A DNA stretch of 64,000 nucleotides from Felis catus. Its lineage: Eukaryota. The stretch lies in assembly GCF_018350175.1 (NCBI RefSeq), contig NC_058368.1, forward strand, positions 186,002,001 through 186,066,000, given 5' to 3'. How positions within the stretch are numbered: position 1 is the stretch's first letter; each line of letters opens with the position of its first letter. The notes beneath the pieces were generated by a model that searched no databases, was not told the DNA's origin, and was given only the letters and a program-made list of their open reading frames with translations. Below are positions 40,865 to 53,810 of the stretch, piece by piece. The position numbers and the translations under genes were made by a program.

Positions 40865-41042
40865 GGGACTTCTGGGTGGCTCAGTTGGTTGAATGTCTGA
40901 CTCTTGATTTTGGCTCAGATCATGATCTCATGGTCGTGGGATTAAGCCCCATGTCTTGAGATTCTCTAGCCTCCTCTCTCTCTCTACCCCCTCCCCTACT
41001 AGTGCTCTCTCTCTCTTCAAATAAATAAGCCTTTAAAAAATT
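40865..41042 (+). mobile_element. CAN-SINE inside an old L1 3' end
   Basis: Head gggacttctgggtggctcagttggtt. TSD TAATAAAAGGCA at 40853 and 41043. Confidence 0.9.
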
Positions 41043-41859
41043 TAATAAAAGGCAAAATTCAACTATCGAGCTCAAAGTCAAAACAATGGTTTCTTTGGGG
41101 GAAGGGAAAGAAGAAGAAAATGAGGAAGGAGGTGAGGCTGTTTCCTAGGGTGCTAACAATATTTTATTGCCAGTTGTGGTTGGTGATTATATGGATTTTG
41201 TGATGATTCATTGAGCCATCTTTAGTCCTTTTGTACTTTGCATACATTTTTGCTTCACAACAACAATAACAACAACAACAAAGCATTTAAAAATTAGGTT
41301 TAGGTGTGAGCGCTAAAAGTAGAACATTAGGTTCCTAAGAGCAAGAAATGTTTTCCGTCTCCAACAGTGTCATTTTCAGAAAATTTGCCAAGTGCCTGCC
41401 ACTTGACAAAACACACAATGAATAGTTTCCAAAATACTGAATGAATCAAGGAGAATGTGGGTTATTTTTAAAAATTGAATGTTGGCAAAATTCACATGGT
41501 AAAATTTACTCTATTTAAAAATGTACACATGTAACAATTATAGCTAATATTAAATTGAGCTGCTCTTATAATATGCCATCATATAATTGCCATCACCTTT
41601 TTTGTTAAATGCTATAATTCTTTGCATGTGAAAACTCAGGTAACATACACTGAAGATGTCTTTGAGAGTTAAAAAGGAAACAAGGCCATGGCTAACTCTA
41701 AAAACCAGACACCAACTGTCTATAGCTGTTGGATAGAATAGAAATAAAGTGTTGATGGTAAATTGTGCTAAGAAAGAAATGTCAATGAATACTAGAATTC
41801 TTATGGTGTAAACATTGATATTTATATAGATAATAATGATTATTAAACTGGCACATTCC

Positions 41860-42810
41860 TAATTTATCCCTTTATTTATAAAGTATTTTTATGTCATTTT
41901 TTTTACCAAGTGATAAAAATAATAATATTCTCAAATTCTTGTTTGGGTAAACTTTGCCACAGAGTAAAAGCTATGGCTTCAAAACCTGAATGATCTTGGG
42001 AAAGTGAAACAACTCTTCTTGCAATCTATATACTAATACGGAACTTTTAAAAGGCAGTACCCTAAAGTGGGGCCATAACATGTTGATCTCATGCAACAAT
42101 TTTTTTTCTATGAGGTAGCAGAACTTAGCCACTGCACTTGCATTATTGTCGGACTGTGACAACGCAGTGACAAACTCGACCAATATAATTTAGGGGGGCT
42201 GCTCTCCTTCATTCTAGAAATACACAGTTTTCTATTTTTAGAAATAGTGTTTCAGGGTACACTGGAAATTCAAGATAGCATTATCCTCAAAATTTATGTC
42301 CTATTAAGATCATCCCATATCAGTATTTCCAAGAACCTAGGACAATTGTCCTTGGTAACCAAGGCAGCTTTAAATGTCACATAGGAATAGCATTAAGACA
42401 CTGAAACATGTAATTTGAAATTTTTCCCTTTTTAATTTTCTTTTAGCATATTCAGTTATATTAAGGACATTGTCTTGGTTTATTTGTAATTTGTCTTTAG
42501 CCACATTTGCCAATTTACTAATCTGCTTTCTAAGGAGAACATCAAGCTTAGCACTTCTAGTAGAAAGTAATATATACATTTAAAATGTCATAACACCACC
42601 CTGGTTTCATTGTATCTACTTTGCAGTTGTCTTGCATTATGAAAAGTAAAAATGATTTTTAAGATTTTCTTTTATTATTTAATGTATTAAATAAAATAAT
42701 ATGCTTTAAAAAGATACCAGTTTTATGAAAGATATCAAGGAAATAAATGATCAGATGTCACTGAGATGTGGCAAAAACCATGAAGGTAGCCAAATTTGGG
42801 AAATAATGCC
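41860..42810. mobile_element. Possible Charlie-type hAT DNA transposon relic
   Basis: End motif gatgtggcaaaaaccatgaaggt...tttgggaaa resembles Charlie-family termini. Internal part diverged; left boundary uncertain. Confidence 0.35.
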
Positions 42811-43348
42811 TTATAGATTTAGATTTCTTGGTCCTTCACTTAATTAGCATGTATTTGAGATTCTTTTGTGCAGAGCACAACTGCAGATGGAAAGAAATAG
42901 AAAGTTCAATGCTGATATCAAAACACCTTTCATCTATTTGAGGAAACAAATACCTGAAAAGTTAGAAACAGGCAACACTTAACTAACAACACAAGGCAAT
43001 AATAAAAACACTGTCATATGGTAGACCATGACTAATCTCTGTCGGCAGTACCTCCAACTTGATGTTAAGGTTATTTCTATGAATGTGCTTTTGCATTTGC
43101 TGCAAAACCTTAATTTCTGTAGTAAGAAGGATAGTTTTCTCTGGAACATAAAACATTTTGAAGAACTAATACAACTTTTGCTCTTCCAGCAAAATAAAAG
43201 TCACACATATAAAAACTGTTCCCATATTTGCAAGGAGGCCACACATGTGGTTAGGAGGATCTCTGTGTACTTTCTCCCAAAGGTTAAACTGTCCCAGATT
43301 TAGGTTAGTTTAAGGGTCACTGAAAACTAGTGTAAGAAAATGAAGGAT

Positions 43349-43460
43349 GGGGGCACTTGGTTGGCTTAGTCATTAGAGCATGTCAGTGTTATGAGTTCAA
43401 GCCCAATATTGGGTGTACAGATTATTTAAAAAATAAAATCTTAAAAGAAAAGAAAGAAAG
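43349..43460 (+). mobile_element. Short CAN-SINE
   Basis: ggggcacttggttggcttagtc...gagttcaagccc...aaaataaaatctt. Confidence 0.8.
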
Positions 43461-43915
43461 GAAAATGCAGGCTGATTCTATTATATGCAATATCTACATA
43501 TATTCAGATGTTTATTCAAATGTATTCAAAATATGTTGAAAATTCCTATCTTTGGACACTGTTCTGTGAGAGCAGAAAGTAAAATATTCCAATTTTGTTT
43601 TAATATTCAGATGTTTGGAAATATGGAGCTCATTTATTCAGGTGGCTGATTGAATTTTCACTTTTATGTGGAATTTTACCAACATGAGTACATACATCTG
43701 AGTGAGAATAATTATAGAAAATGTTTTTTCTCTCCTTTGTTTCTTTATTTTCTAAAATTGTACTGTATCTTTAAGTCAATACAATTTCCAACACCCTCTC
43801 TGGCCATGGTTACTTCTAGATCACTCTTAATGTTTTATTATTTGGCTCTTCTTGCCTAAAACATTTTCTTAAAATCAAGGTTTTATTAGTCACTTTAAAA
43901 AATTAATCAAATCTG

Positions 43916-44129
43916 TGGCACCTGGGTGTCTCAGTCAGTTAAGTGTCTGACTTCAGCTCAGGTCATGATCCAGTGGTTCATGGGTTCCAGCCCTGCGTCA
44001 GGCTCTGCGCTAACAGCTCAGAGCCTGAAGCCTGCTTCATGGATTCTGTTCCCTCTCTCTCTGTCCCTCCTTTGCTCATTCTCTCCCTCTCTCTCTCTGT
44101 CTCTCTCTCTCAAAAATAATTAAAACGTT
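43916..44129 (+). mobile_element. CAN-SINE
   Basis: ggcacctgggtgtctcagtcagttaag head and CT tract. Direct repeat AAAAAATTAATC on both sides. Confidence 0.92.
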
Positions 44130-44206
44130 AAAAAAATTAATCGTCTTATCTTTCAGTTTTCTTCCTCCTCAATTTCCCTATCCCTGTTGTATAAGTAATC
44201 CATTTT

Positions 44207-44994
44207 TATCTCATTATAATGTAAATTTACATAACTAGGAATTATAAATACTCCAGATCATAGAAATTTTTATTCAATCATTAATTCACTTTGTATTAAT
44301 CATTATGAAAGTATTGTAGATGTTAACAAAAAAAAACTGTACTGAAAATGAGAATAAGTGCTCTGTAGATGTATTTTACAGAGTCCATACTTACTTTTGT
44401 TCTTAGAATTCCAAAACAATGGAAAAAAAGAAATCCCAATAGAATTTGAAATCACCCTAACTTCGCCCCAGTTTAAGCACATTTTAAATTGTCATGCTGG
44501 TTCATAGGCAAATTAAAAATTTTAACAGAGAAAGCCCAGTTTTTATCATTTATGTACTAACAAACTTAGATCCTGTATCAGGAAATAAGGTTAAAAGCTT
44601 TAAGTGATAATGAATTCATATCATGTACAGACTGCCTTAATGGAATAACAATGTCAATTAGTGTCTTTTCTAGATAGCGTATTATTACTTTTTTCAAGAG
44701 ACTGATAACCTAATGCACAAGCTACAAAAAGAGGCTCCCACAGAATCCATACTTCCATGTGTTCCCTAACGGTATTCTTTCCATTCTTTCCAGTATCCTC
44801 AGGTACATAATCACCAGTGGTGTCAAAGTAGATCAAATTGCTGGTTACCATTTCGGTGATATCACTATCATTGAAAAAGTCCTGATTAATTCAGTCAACA
44901 GTACAATCTCGAGTCAATATAAAAGAAACTTCCATCTCATCTGGAAAAACTTAATATGATCATGTTGTGTAAGCATTCCAGAAAAAAATAATCT
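44207..44994 (-). pseudogene. Candidate 5'-truncated retroposed insert (parent not identified)
   Basis: Flanked by an exact 13-bp direct repeat AGTAATCCATTTT at a TTT/AAAA L1-endonuclease-type site. Protein-like minus frame 44992-44654 with 3 internal stops, then ~450 nt of UTR-like sequence with AATAAA at 44274-44269. No clear poly(A) tail remains. Confidence 0.5.
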
Positions 44995-47900
44995 AGTAAT
45001 CCATTTTAAAGTTATTATTCCATAAGATATTTAATTCTGTCATACAAATAGTAGATTGCTGAGTAATAGTATGTATGTTTAACCTTATACAAAATTGTCC
45101 AATTATTCCTACTAGCAATGTATAAGAGTTTCAGTTGCTCCACATCCTTACCAACCCTTAGTCTTGCCAGTATTTTTTTTTATTCTACCCATTCTGATAA
45201 GCGTATACTGGTATCGTAATGTACATTTACATTTAATGGCTATGACAGTTGAACCTCTTTTTGTGTGTGCTTACTGACATCTCGATAACTTAGATGAATC
45301 TCAAAAGCACTATATGGAGTCAACTAGATGATGCCACTTATATAATATTCTTCAGAAGAAAACAACTACACTAATGAATAAAAGACCAGTTTTTGCCAAG
45401 ATTTAAGGGAGGGAGAGTGGTTTGACTACAAAGGGTGGTAGGACGGAGTTATTTTGGGAAGGGGAGTAATAGAACAATTCAGTATCCTGATACTGAATTA
45501 CAAGAATTTATGTTTGTATTAAAATTCATAAAACTCCCTACCAAAAAAGGTCAGTTATGCTTGATGTTAACCTAAAAATGAAACAAAGAGCTATTATGCT
45601 GTAAACTTAAATCACTGAACATTTGAAAATATTCTTTGATATGAGATATTTGTGAAATTTCCAGATACTAAAGTATGAGGTAATTGAGTCTAAACATTTA
45701 AAAATCTTCTGGGGAAAAAGGAATTTTATTAATGAAATGGTAATGTGATTTCCTTTTAAATTGGTACAATGATATTTGGATTTCTTTTAGCTTTTTAGAT
45801 GGAATATTACTTTTCATGGCTTTGTTGTTCACAGATTATGTTCAGCAACATATTTTATGGATAAGAAATAAGTATACTTTTGTTAATGCTCTTGGAGAAT
45901 CCCTTAAAATCTAAAATTCAGTCATCCAAATAACTGCTCTTAAGTCATATTGATTAATTTGGTAATAAGAGACTACATTGCTACTTCTTAGACACAGAAT
46001 ATTCATCTTTATAAAATATATTTGTTTAAACACATTATTTAAATATAGTGCAATCATTTCATAACAATGCCACAAAATAATTACTACACTTCAAATAATT
46101 GACATAATAGAATTAATAACTAACTCTTGATCCCACTAAGATTCTGTAGCAAACTGTAGAACGCTACTATATATAACTCTAAGGAAGGTTAAAGTAAAAA
46201 ATTTCATTAATTGCAGGCAATTGAGAATTGGTAGGTAAATTGCAACTCTTACCATTCCCCAAATCATAGAGGCACACTTCTTCCTTAAGAAAAAAAATTG
46301 ATGGTGTTATTATATAAGGCATTTCCCCTGACACAAACCCCTTACCTGGAATATAATTCAACTTTTTCACTAAAGCTACAACTCCATGTAATAGGAAGTA
46401 GATTTCTGCCTCCTAAATCCTATGTCCTGACTTTTTCATTCTTAGTTACTATCCTCCAGCCATCTGGGCCTTTTTTTAGTTCCTAAATCACACCAAGTTC
46501 TTACTCCATTCAGGACCCTTGCACAAGCAGTTACCTATGATAAGAACCATCTTCACTTCAATATTTTCATGGATAATTTTTTTAACACTCATATAAACTC
46601 AATTTCTTACCCATTAGTCAGAATGGCCTTTCCTGACCATTCTACCTAAAGTAATTCTTTTCTTTTCTCCATCATATCAAATTTTTATTTCTTCAACACT
46701 CACCTCTCTTTGAAGTTTGTGTACTGTTTTTCCCTAGACTGTAAGGTCTAAAAGAATTAAGAAGGTATCTATTTTTCTCATGGTTTTATCTCCATCCCCT
46801 AGTATAGTGCCAAACAAGTATTGGGAATGCAACAAATATTTATTTATGGCAGGAAAGCAGGAGACAAGAAGGAGGAAATTTGTCTGCTTTGCATTTGTTA
46901 AATTCATGTTTAACATAGCAATTTAAAGCTCAACAAGAGTCTAATGACATCCCATGATAGCCTATTTCAAGGAGAAAATGGACAGAACCACATGGACCTA
47001 TGGGTTGAAAAAAATGATTGAGCATGAAATGTTTACCTGGTTACACAATTTCCTTAAATCAGAGGCAGTAAGTGAAACAAATAAATATAAAATAGAATAT
47101 TTTCTATAAGTAAATTTATAAAAGTATAATTATAATATATAATAAATAGTATAGTGTTTTGCTTTTAAAAGCATGTCTTTATTCTAGAAAATAACTTCCA
47201 CAAGAGCAAGGACTGGTTTGTCTCATTCAATGCTTTTCAGCATTCGGCATAGTGCCAGGAACATAGTGGCTATGGATTAAACAAAAAGTGATTCACAAAA
47301 TAAACAGGAATTAAGAAGGGCACTATTCACATCACCTAAATCAGAGTATGTAACCACTAATTCCAAACTTCTGCTTTATGTGCATTTTTCTGATAAATTT
47401 CATTTATACCTAAACATCTACTAAGATTCTGCTTAGGAGATTACTTGGAATCTGAGGTCCAAATAATAAAATTGATGAGAAAATATCTCTCTCCCTATTA
47501 TGATTCTCTACAGAGTCTACTTTCATACTTATTCATCAGAGAAATTGAGCTGTATATGGGAATGGTAGCATATCTACAAAAAGGAGCTCTTATCATGGAC
47601 CTCAGAAACTCTGTAAATGGCCTGTTGACCACAAGGGTATTTGAAAAGTCACATGTTTCAAGGAGTACTTAATGGCCAACAGGGCCATTATGTTGTCCAT
47701 TGAGTTCATTTTATTTGTTGTTTATTGTATTATATAAATATTTGGGGGAGGTGACATGTGGTGTGACTAAGAAGTTTTCTTTGTCCATTTAGGTAAGGTA
47801 TCACTACCGGATATTTTTCATCCTTTTAACTATAAGAATTAGTTCAGTTAAATATCTTTTACTATGATCTCTCCTTTTTAACCATGAAATAGAAGAGATT

Positions 47901-48154
47901 TATATTAAAAATATTCTTCAATCCTAAAACATCTCAATGATGGAAATTCTGAATTATAGAATTTCAAAATCTTCAAAAGAAAATTGAGAGGGAAGAAGCT
48001 CTGAAAGTAGTATGTGTAAGGGAGATAGGAAAATTAAACTAGCATTTGAAAGAAAACAGTAAAATATAGTGGGAGAGTCAAGTTGTATCTGATGAGAAAT
48101 AAGAAGCTGACACTCGAGAGGTTGTCAGGGATCAGATCATGAAAGACCATATTG

Positions 48155-48290
48155 AGTATTCACATGCCCAGTTTGCCTGGGAAAGTTCCAGTTGGCATCT
48201 GTGATCCTGACAGAATTATTAATAATTATACCCTTTCACTATAAAAATGTCTCCATTTTGTGTAACAAATATATGGTATATTACCTGCAA
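48155..48290. mobile_element. MER94-like hAT-Blackjack MITE
   Basis: cccagtttgcctggga...aattattaataa...ccctttcact...aaatatatggt resembles the recalled MER94 consensus. Confidence 0.6.
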
Positions 48291-48390
48291 GTCTACCTAA
48301 GACAACTGGATCTTATGGTATTAGGGGAGTTACTGCAAATATTTAATGTGGCAATATAACAACCATATTTGTATTTCAAGAAGTCATTCT

Positions 48391-48543
48391 GGGGGCCCCT
48401 GGGTGGCTCAATCGGTTAAGCCTCTGACTTCGGCTCAAGTCATGATCTCATTTATGGTTTGTGAGTTTGAGCCCCGCGTCAGGCTCTGCGCTGACATCTC
48501 AGGGCCTGGAGCCTGATTCGGATTCTCTCTCTCTCTCTTTCTC

Positions 48544-48585
<42 letters not shown>

Positions 48586-48648
48586 ACTCCCCCCCTTGTG
48601 CTCTGTCTCTCTCTCAAAAATAAATAAAATGTAAAAAAATTTTAAAAA
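48391..48648 (+). mobile_element. CAN-SINE
   Basis: gggggcccctgggtggctcaatcggttaag head, long CT tract and A-tail. Confidence 0.92.
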
Positions 48649-49789
48649 TAAGTTATTCCGAAGTAAAACTATTTTTATTTGCAGATAACAATATTGCATA
48701 TAAAAAATCATAAGGGACCTATAAGAACTACTGGAATAACTTTTAGAACAAATACCAGAGGATATAAAAGTAATATACAAAATATATTGTTTTTCTATAA
48801 AATAATAATAAACAGAAAATAATTTAAAAACATAACTTAAAATGAGACAAAATACTTAATAAACTTAAGGAGAATGTGCAGTGTCTACATTGAAATATAT
48901 AATTAGTGAGAAGAACTTAAGAAAACCTAAACATGAAGAAAGATAAACCATGTCCATGGATTGTAGGACTTAACATTGTCAAAATGTCAATAATTTTTAA
49001 CTTGATCTATACATTCAGTACCACTTCAAAAGAGACACAGCAGGACATTTTTCTTTTGTTTGTTTTTGTATAAGTTGACAAATTTACTAAAAATATGTGA
49101 GGATATAAAAGATGTAAAATAGACAAATCAGATCTTGCAAAAGAAAAATACATAAGGATCTATTTCATATTCAGTGCCTTGTTTCAAGATTTATTACAAG
49201 GCTACAATGATCAAAGTTATATGGTACTGACTTAAGAATAGTCAAGTAGACCAATGGAATAGAAGACAGATTTCAGAAACAGACCTCAACATACATGTTA
49301 ATAACATTTTGACAAAGTTCAAAGGAACGTCAGTAGGAAAAGGAAAATCTCCCCAGAAAATAGGGCTAAGACCATTGGATAAATGTATAGGGGAAATGAA
49401 TCTCATCCTCTAACATATTAAATGAAAATAATAAAAAATTGAGATGGATCAAAGAGAAAGCTATAATTACAAAGCCTCTAGAAAAAAATATGAAAATATT
49501 TTTGCAAACTTGGGGGAGGCAAATATCTTAGATAGGATAGAAAACCACTAACCAGAATAGAAACAATGACAAATTATACTTTAAAATTGAACATTTTGTT
49601 CATCTAATCAGTAAACAATAAGCCCATAGACTGGAAAAATATTTTCAATACTTATATCTGACAAAGGACTTTTATTTATAATTCATAAAGTACTCCTACA
49701 AATCAATAATAAAATATATCAAAACAAACAAAAAACCTGAATAGGTCCAACTTTACTCCCACTGTAATGGTTAAAACCCCAAAGGCTTT

Positions 49790-50279
49790 AGTTACCAGCT
49801 TCTGACATGTCCCCAGTGATCCTTATCTTCCTGGTATTCACACATTCACACTTTTACCTAAACCTTTCCCACTGTGTATCAGGATTGTTCTCTGTTACTA
49901 ACACCACATGGCAATAGTATTGGTACATAATTATAAGATTTTATTACAAAATTCTATGGCTTCTATCTTGAGTTCTCTCTTGCACGCATGAGCGTGCATT
50001 CTCTCTTTCTCTCTTCTTTCTTTTCACTCCACTTCTCCATCACCATGGAAGGGCCACCAGTCAAGGAAATGGAGCTTCCTATCAATATAGGAGTGAACAT
50101 GGGAATGGATTGTCCAGAACCTTCAGATAACTGGAACCCTGTTCAAGAATTTTATTGCAACCTCATGAGAGATCGTCAACCAGAATCATCCAACTAATTC
50201 ACCCCTGGATTTCTGATCCTCAGAAACCTTGTAAGAAACCTTTGGATACCTGCTTATATAGAAATAGATAACTAAAACA
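49790..50279 (+). mobile_element. MaLR (MLT1-like) solo LTR inserted in old L1
   Basis: MLT1-like start and a typical end (...atagataactaaaaca). Family assigned by recall. Confidence 0.6.
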
Positions 50280-50789
50280 AAGGCAGACGATACCTAAAGT
50301 TGTAAGGGTTTGCAGCAACTTGAACTGTCACACATTAGAAAATTGTTCCAATAATTTCTTATAATATACAAATAAATCAATTCTGTGTCCCATCAATCCC
50401 ACCAAGAGAAACGGAAACAGGTCCAAAGAAACACTTGTACAGTAATGTCCTTGCCAGCTTTGTCCAAACTGCTTCAAATTGGATACATCAAGAAAAGACT
50501 CAGTAAACATGCTGCAATTCATGCCATGGATTCTTAACAATAAAAAGGAACTCATAATATCTGCAACATTATTATGTCTCAAAAACGTTATGTTTAGCAA
50601 AAGCAGCTAGGTACAACCTGTTGATTTCATCACTATCAAGTTCTAGAACAGGAAAAAAAAAGTCTATGGTGAGAAAAGCCACAAGAGAGACTACCAGAAG
50701 AAGGGAGGAAAGGGAGAGTAGACAGGTAGCTAGTTGGAAAGGAGCACAAGAAAAGCTACAGGTGTAATGGAAAGTAATATATATTAAAA

Positions 50790-50792
<3 letters not shown>

Positions 50793-50834
<42 letters not shown>

Positions 50835-50839
50835 CGTGT
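50793..50839. repeat. (TG)n microsatellite
   Basis: Read directly; ends in (TGCG)2. Confidence 0.95.
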
Positions 50840-51366
50840 AGGAGGGATGGTTATACTAGTGGATACATTTGAAAAAATTACATCTAACTATGCACCTAAA
50901 TTCTGAATATTTTATTACATCCCAATTGTCTTTATTTAAATAATATATTTGATACAAGGAAAGTCTCTTTGCTGTGTGGTAAATTAGTAAGATAGCAAAA
51001 CTGGAATCAGAACGATACTTTGGGTGACTGATATAGTACCCTACACAACAGATAATGTTGAGTTTAATTCTATGATATCTATTAGGCACAAAGAAAAACG
51101 TGAGTTAGTCATGACACTTAATAGCAAAATATCAGCTTGGATTGTCTCCTTCCTCCTTACTCTCCAGGGTTTGCTGGACAACAACATGGGTTTGCTCTGA
51201 AAAATGGGTTGAGTAATTTTGCTCAGAAACTCAAAGACAGTGATTTCACACTATCTCTGGAAAAAGATGCTCCTTTGCATATCATTAAGGAAGCTATCTT
51301 CAAGAAGTTTCATATGTTGGCATATATTCTTATTATATTGGCATCTAATTGACATCTGTTAGAAAT

Positions 51367-51444
51367 ATTAAGTTTACAATAATGATCTAAAATCAATGAT
51401 TAGCATTAAGTTTACAATAATGATCTAAAATCAATGATTAGCAT
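51367..51444. repeat. Perfect 38-bp tandem duplication
   Basis: ATTAAGTTTACAATAATGATCTAAAATCAATGATTAGC x2, plus AT. Confidence 0.97.
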
Positions 51445-52410
51445 AGACAAACTTGGGGACCTCTCCCCTATTTTCTTTTCCTATACAAGTCAAGGTAGGA
51501 GACTAAAGAACTAGAGAATTTTTATTAAGAAACTCTCTTCTGCACTCTCCTAAAATTTGGAGTTTAACAGAGGTGGAGAAGACACTTCTGCTTCTAGGAA
51601 TATCCCCAGGAAATAGACCCTATAGTAGTAACAAAAACAATAACAAAAATGACAACATACAAGGGATGATTAACATGTGTGAAGCCCTTTACATGTATCA
51701 TATCAATTACTACACAAAATAATCTTATGTAAAATTATTATCTTCCTTTTTTTATTTGAAGACACTAAGACTACATGAAGGTGGCTGAGGGCCATCAAGT
51801 GATGGTAGGGAGAGCATTGGAATCTGGTCAAGTGTGGCTCCATAGTTTATGTTCTTTAAGGACTACATTACACTATAGGACCTATTTGCTTTTTTTGTTT
51901 TTACTGGCAGCTGTATATGCTGAACTTAGAGTGAGATACTGTTAGGAAAATAAAAAGGCTTTTCTTTCTTCCCTTTATAAAAAACGACAAATTTCAGGGA
52001 AAAGAAAATGAATTTTTAATTATTTAATTGAAAAAGAATTATTAAAGATCTATTAGAGGCAAAGCCCTTCTCTAAAAGCCTGGGTTATATCAGTAGACAA
52101 ATCAGCAACTTTGCTTTCATTAATCCTGGCTTCTAGCTAAGGGAGGCAGAAAATGAAAAGTAAAAAATAATAAACCTGTAAGCAACATATAATAAAATTA
52201 TCTGCTTAATTACTGAAGGCTTGAAGTATAACGAAGGATCAAACATAGAAGAGGATAAGTGGAATTTTGAGTACAAGGTTGAGGGTTGTTTGCAACATTA
52301 CATTGAATAATCAGTGTAGGCCTCATTGGGAAAGTAATATTTGAGAAAAGACTTGAAGTAGGTGAACTAGCCAGTGGATACTTGGAAGAAATATTGCAAA
52401 GGTAACAGAA

Positions 52411-52647
52411 TTTTTTAATTAAAAAAATTTTTTAAATGTTTATTTTTGAGAGAGAGAGACAGAGAGACAGAGAGAGAATAGGCGAGGGAGGGGCAGAGAG
52501 AGAGGGAGACACAGAATCTGAAGCAGACTCCAGGCTCTGAGCTGTCAGCACAGAGTCTGACTCAGGGCTCAAACCCATGAACTGTGAGATAGTGACCTGA
52601 TCTCAAGTCAGACCAGACACTTAATGACTGAACCACCCAGGCGCCCT
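52411..52647 (-). mobile_element. CAN-SINE
   Basis: Reverse-complement head ...ccacccaggcgccc, GA tract and T-rich tail. Confidence 0.9.
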
Positions 52648-53713
52648 GGGAACAGAATATTAAATATACTTTCCCTGTTGTCATGACCAATGTCGAGAAC
52701 AGAGAAAAAATGGCAAGAAGTGTTAGGATCTCATTTAATACAAACATGTTAGGCACCAAAAAGAGGCAGACCTTGCTAGAGAAGGCTAAAACAGGTCATG
52801 GATTCCTTTTCCTTTTCCCAGTTTGGAGCCACATAATAGATGTGTAAGGAATCAATGACAGAGGTGTTCTTACAGAAGAAGGTTATTGGCCTATGAGTAG
52901 AAAGAGTTGTGCAATTTCATATCCCCTCCTCCCATGGAGGTACTTGCTCCACTTCTATCTCAAGACAATTAAAAAAGAAGTCACAAAATCCACTCATAGA
53001 TGTCCACTGTGAGAGAAAACTAAGGAGGGCAATTGCTATCCCTACCCCAAACAGAAAATTGCATACCTGCTTCAGTGCTCTCTGAAACAGAGTGGATAGA
53101 GAACTCTTAGGTAAATTTGGCCTTTATTCTCTATAATCTGAAGAGTCTAAATGACTAGCCTGATTCTTTCCTGAAGAAGTCTAAAGGTAATAGGCTTATT
53201 TGAATGACCCAATAGTGAATAGAGTTAGAAAGATCTTCACTTCTAGAATCTGACAGGGAGTTTGCTAAGTCTATCAGTTCATATTTTATTCCTCCCTCAC
53301 TCCCTCCCTCCTTCCTTCTTCCCTCTCTCTCTCCCTCCCTCTCCTCTCTGCCCTTCCCATGAATGCCAAAACAAATAAATGCCAAAACAAAACAAAATCA
53401 TGTTGGAATTGTCTTTAAAAACTGTCTGGTGAGATGATGCTAGCAGGGAATCAGGGTGGATATATTTTGGAGTGGAGCTGAAGGGGTGTCATCCAACATC
53501 AGCCATCATATAGTATAACTCATGTCAGGGAATAATGTGATGCTATAGGTCCCCAAAAGTGGGAAGGAGAAAGAGGGTAAATTCATAGAACCCATCCAAT
53601 CTCCCCATGAAAGAATAATTCAACATTTAGATATCTGTCACCCAGATAATACAAAGTAAGATCTTTCTCCTCCTTTAATTATCTTCTATCTTTCCACTCC
53701 AATCTCAAAAAAT

Positions 53714-53810
53714 AGTCAAAAACAGCATAACAAGAGCATAACAAGCCTAACAGCATAACAAGCATAACAAGAACAGCATAACAAAAAAGTCAAAAACAAG
53801 CATGACAAGC
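53714..53810. repeat. Degenerate AGCATAACA repeat cluster
   Basis: Five exact and two variant copies, bracketed by an AGTCAAAAACA direct repeat. Confidence 0.9.

Larger units (their letters stand above)
48660..50950 (+). mobile_element. Old L1M-type LINE fragment (ORF2 3' half and 3'UTR), interrupted by an LTR
   Basis: Decayed RT motif at ~48662 (VKLFLFADN), recognisable ORF2-like tracts (catgtccatggattgtaggacttaacattgtcaaaatgtcaat), and 3'UTR-like sequence after 50280. Boundaries approximate. Confidence 0.75.

Noticed and set aside
44654..44980. By-eye resemblance of the insert's peptide to the N-terminus of dependoparvovirus Rep (IKV..D..V.W...M..NLI...Q.EK)
   Set aside because: It needs an assumed frameshift and several gaps, the HUH motif is missing, and the flanking TSD and UTR-like tail point to mRNA retroposition. 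Not credible without a BLASTX/HMM hit.
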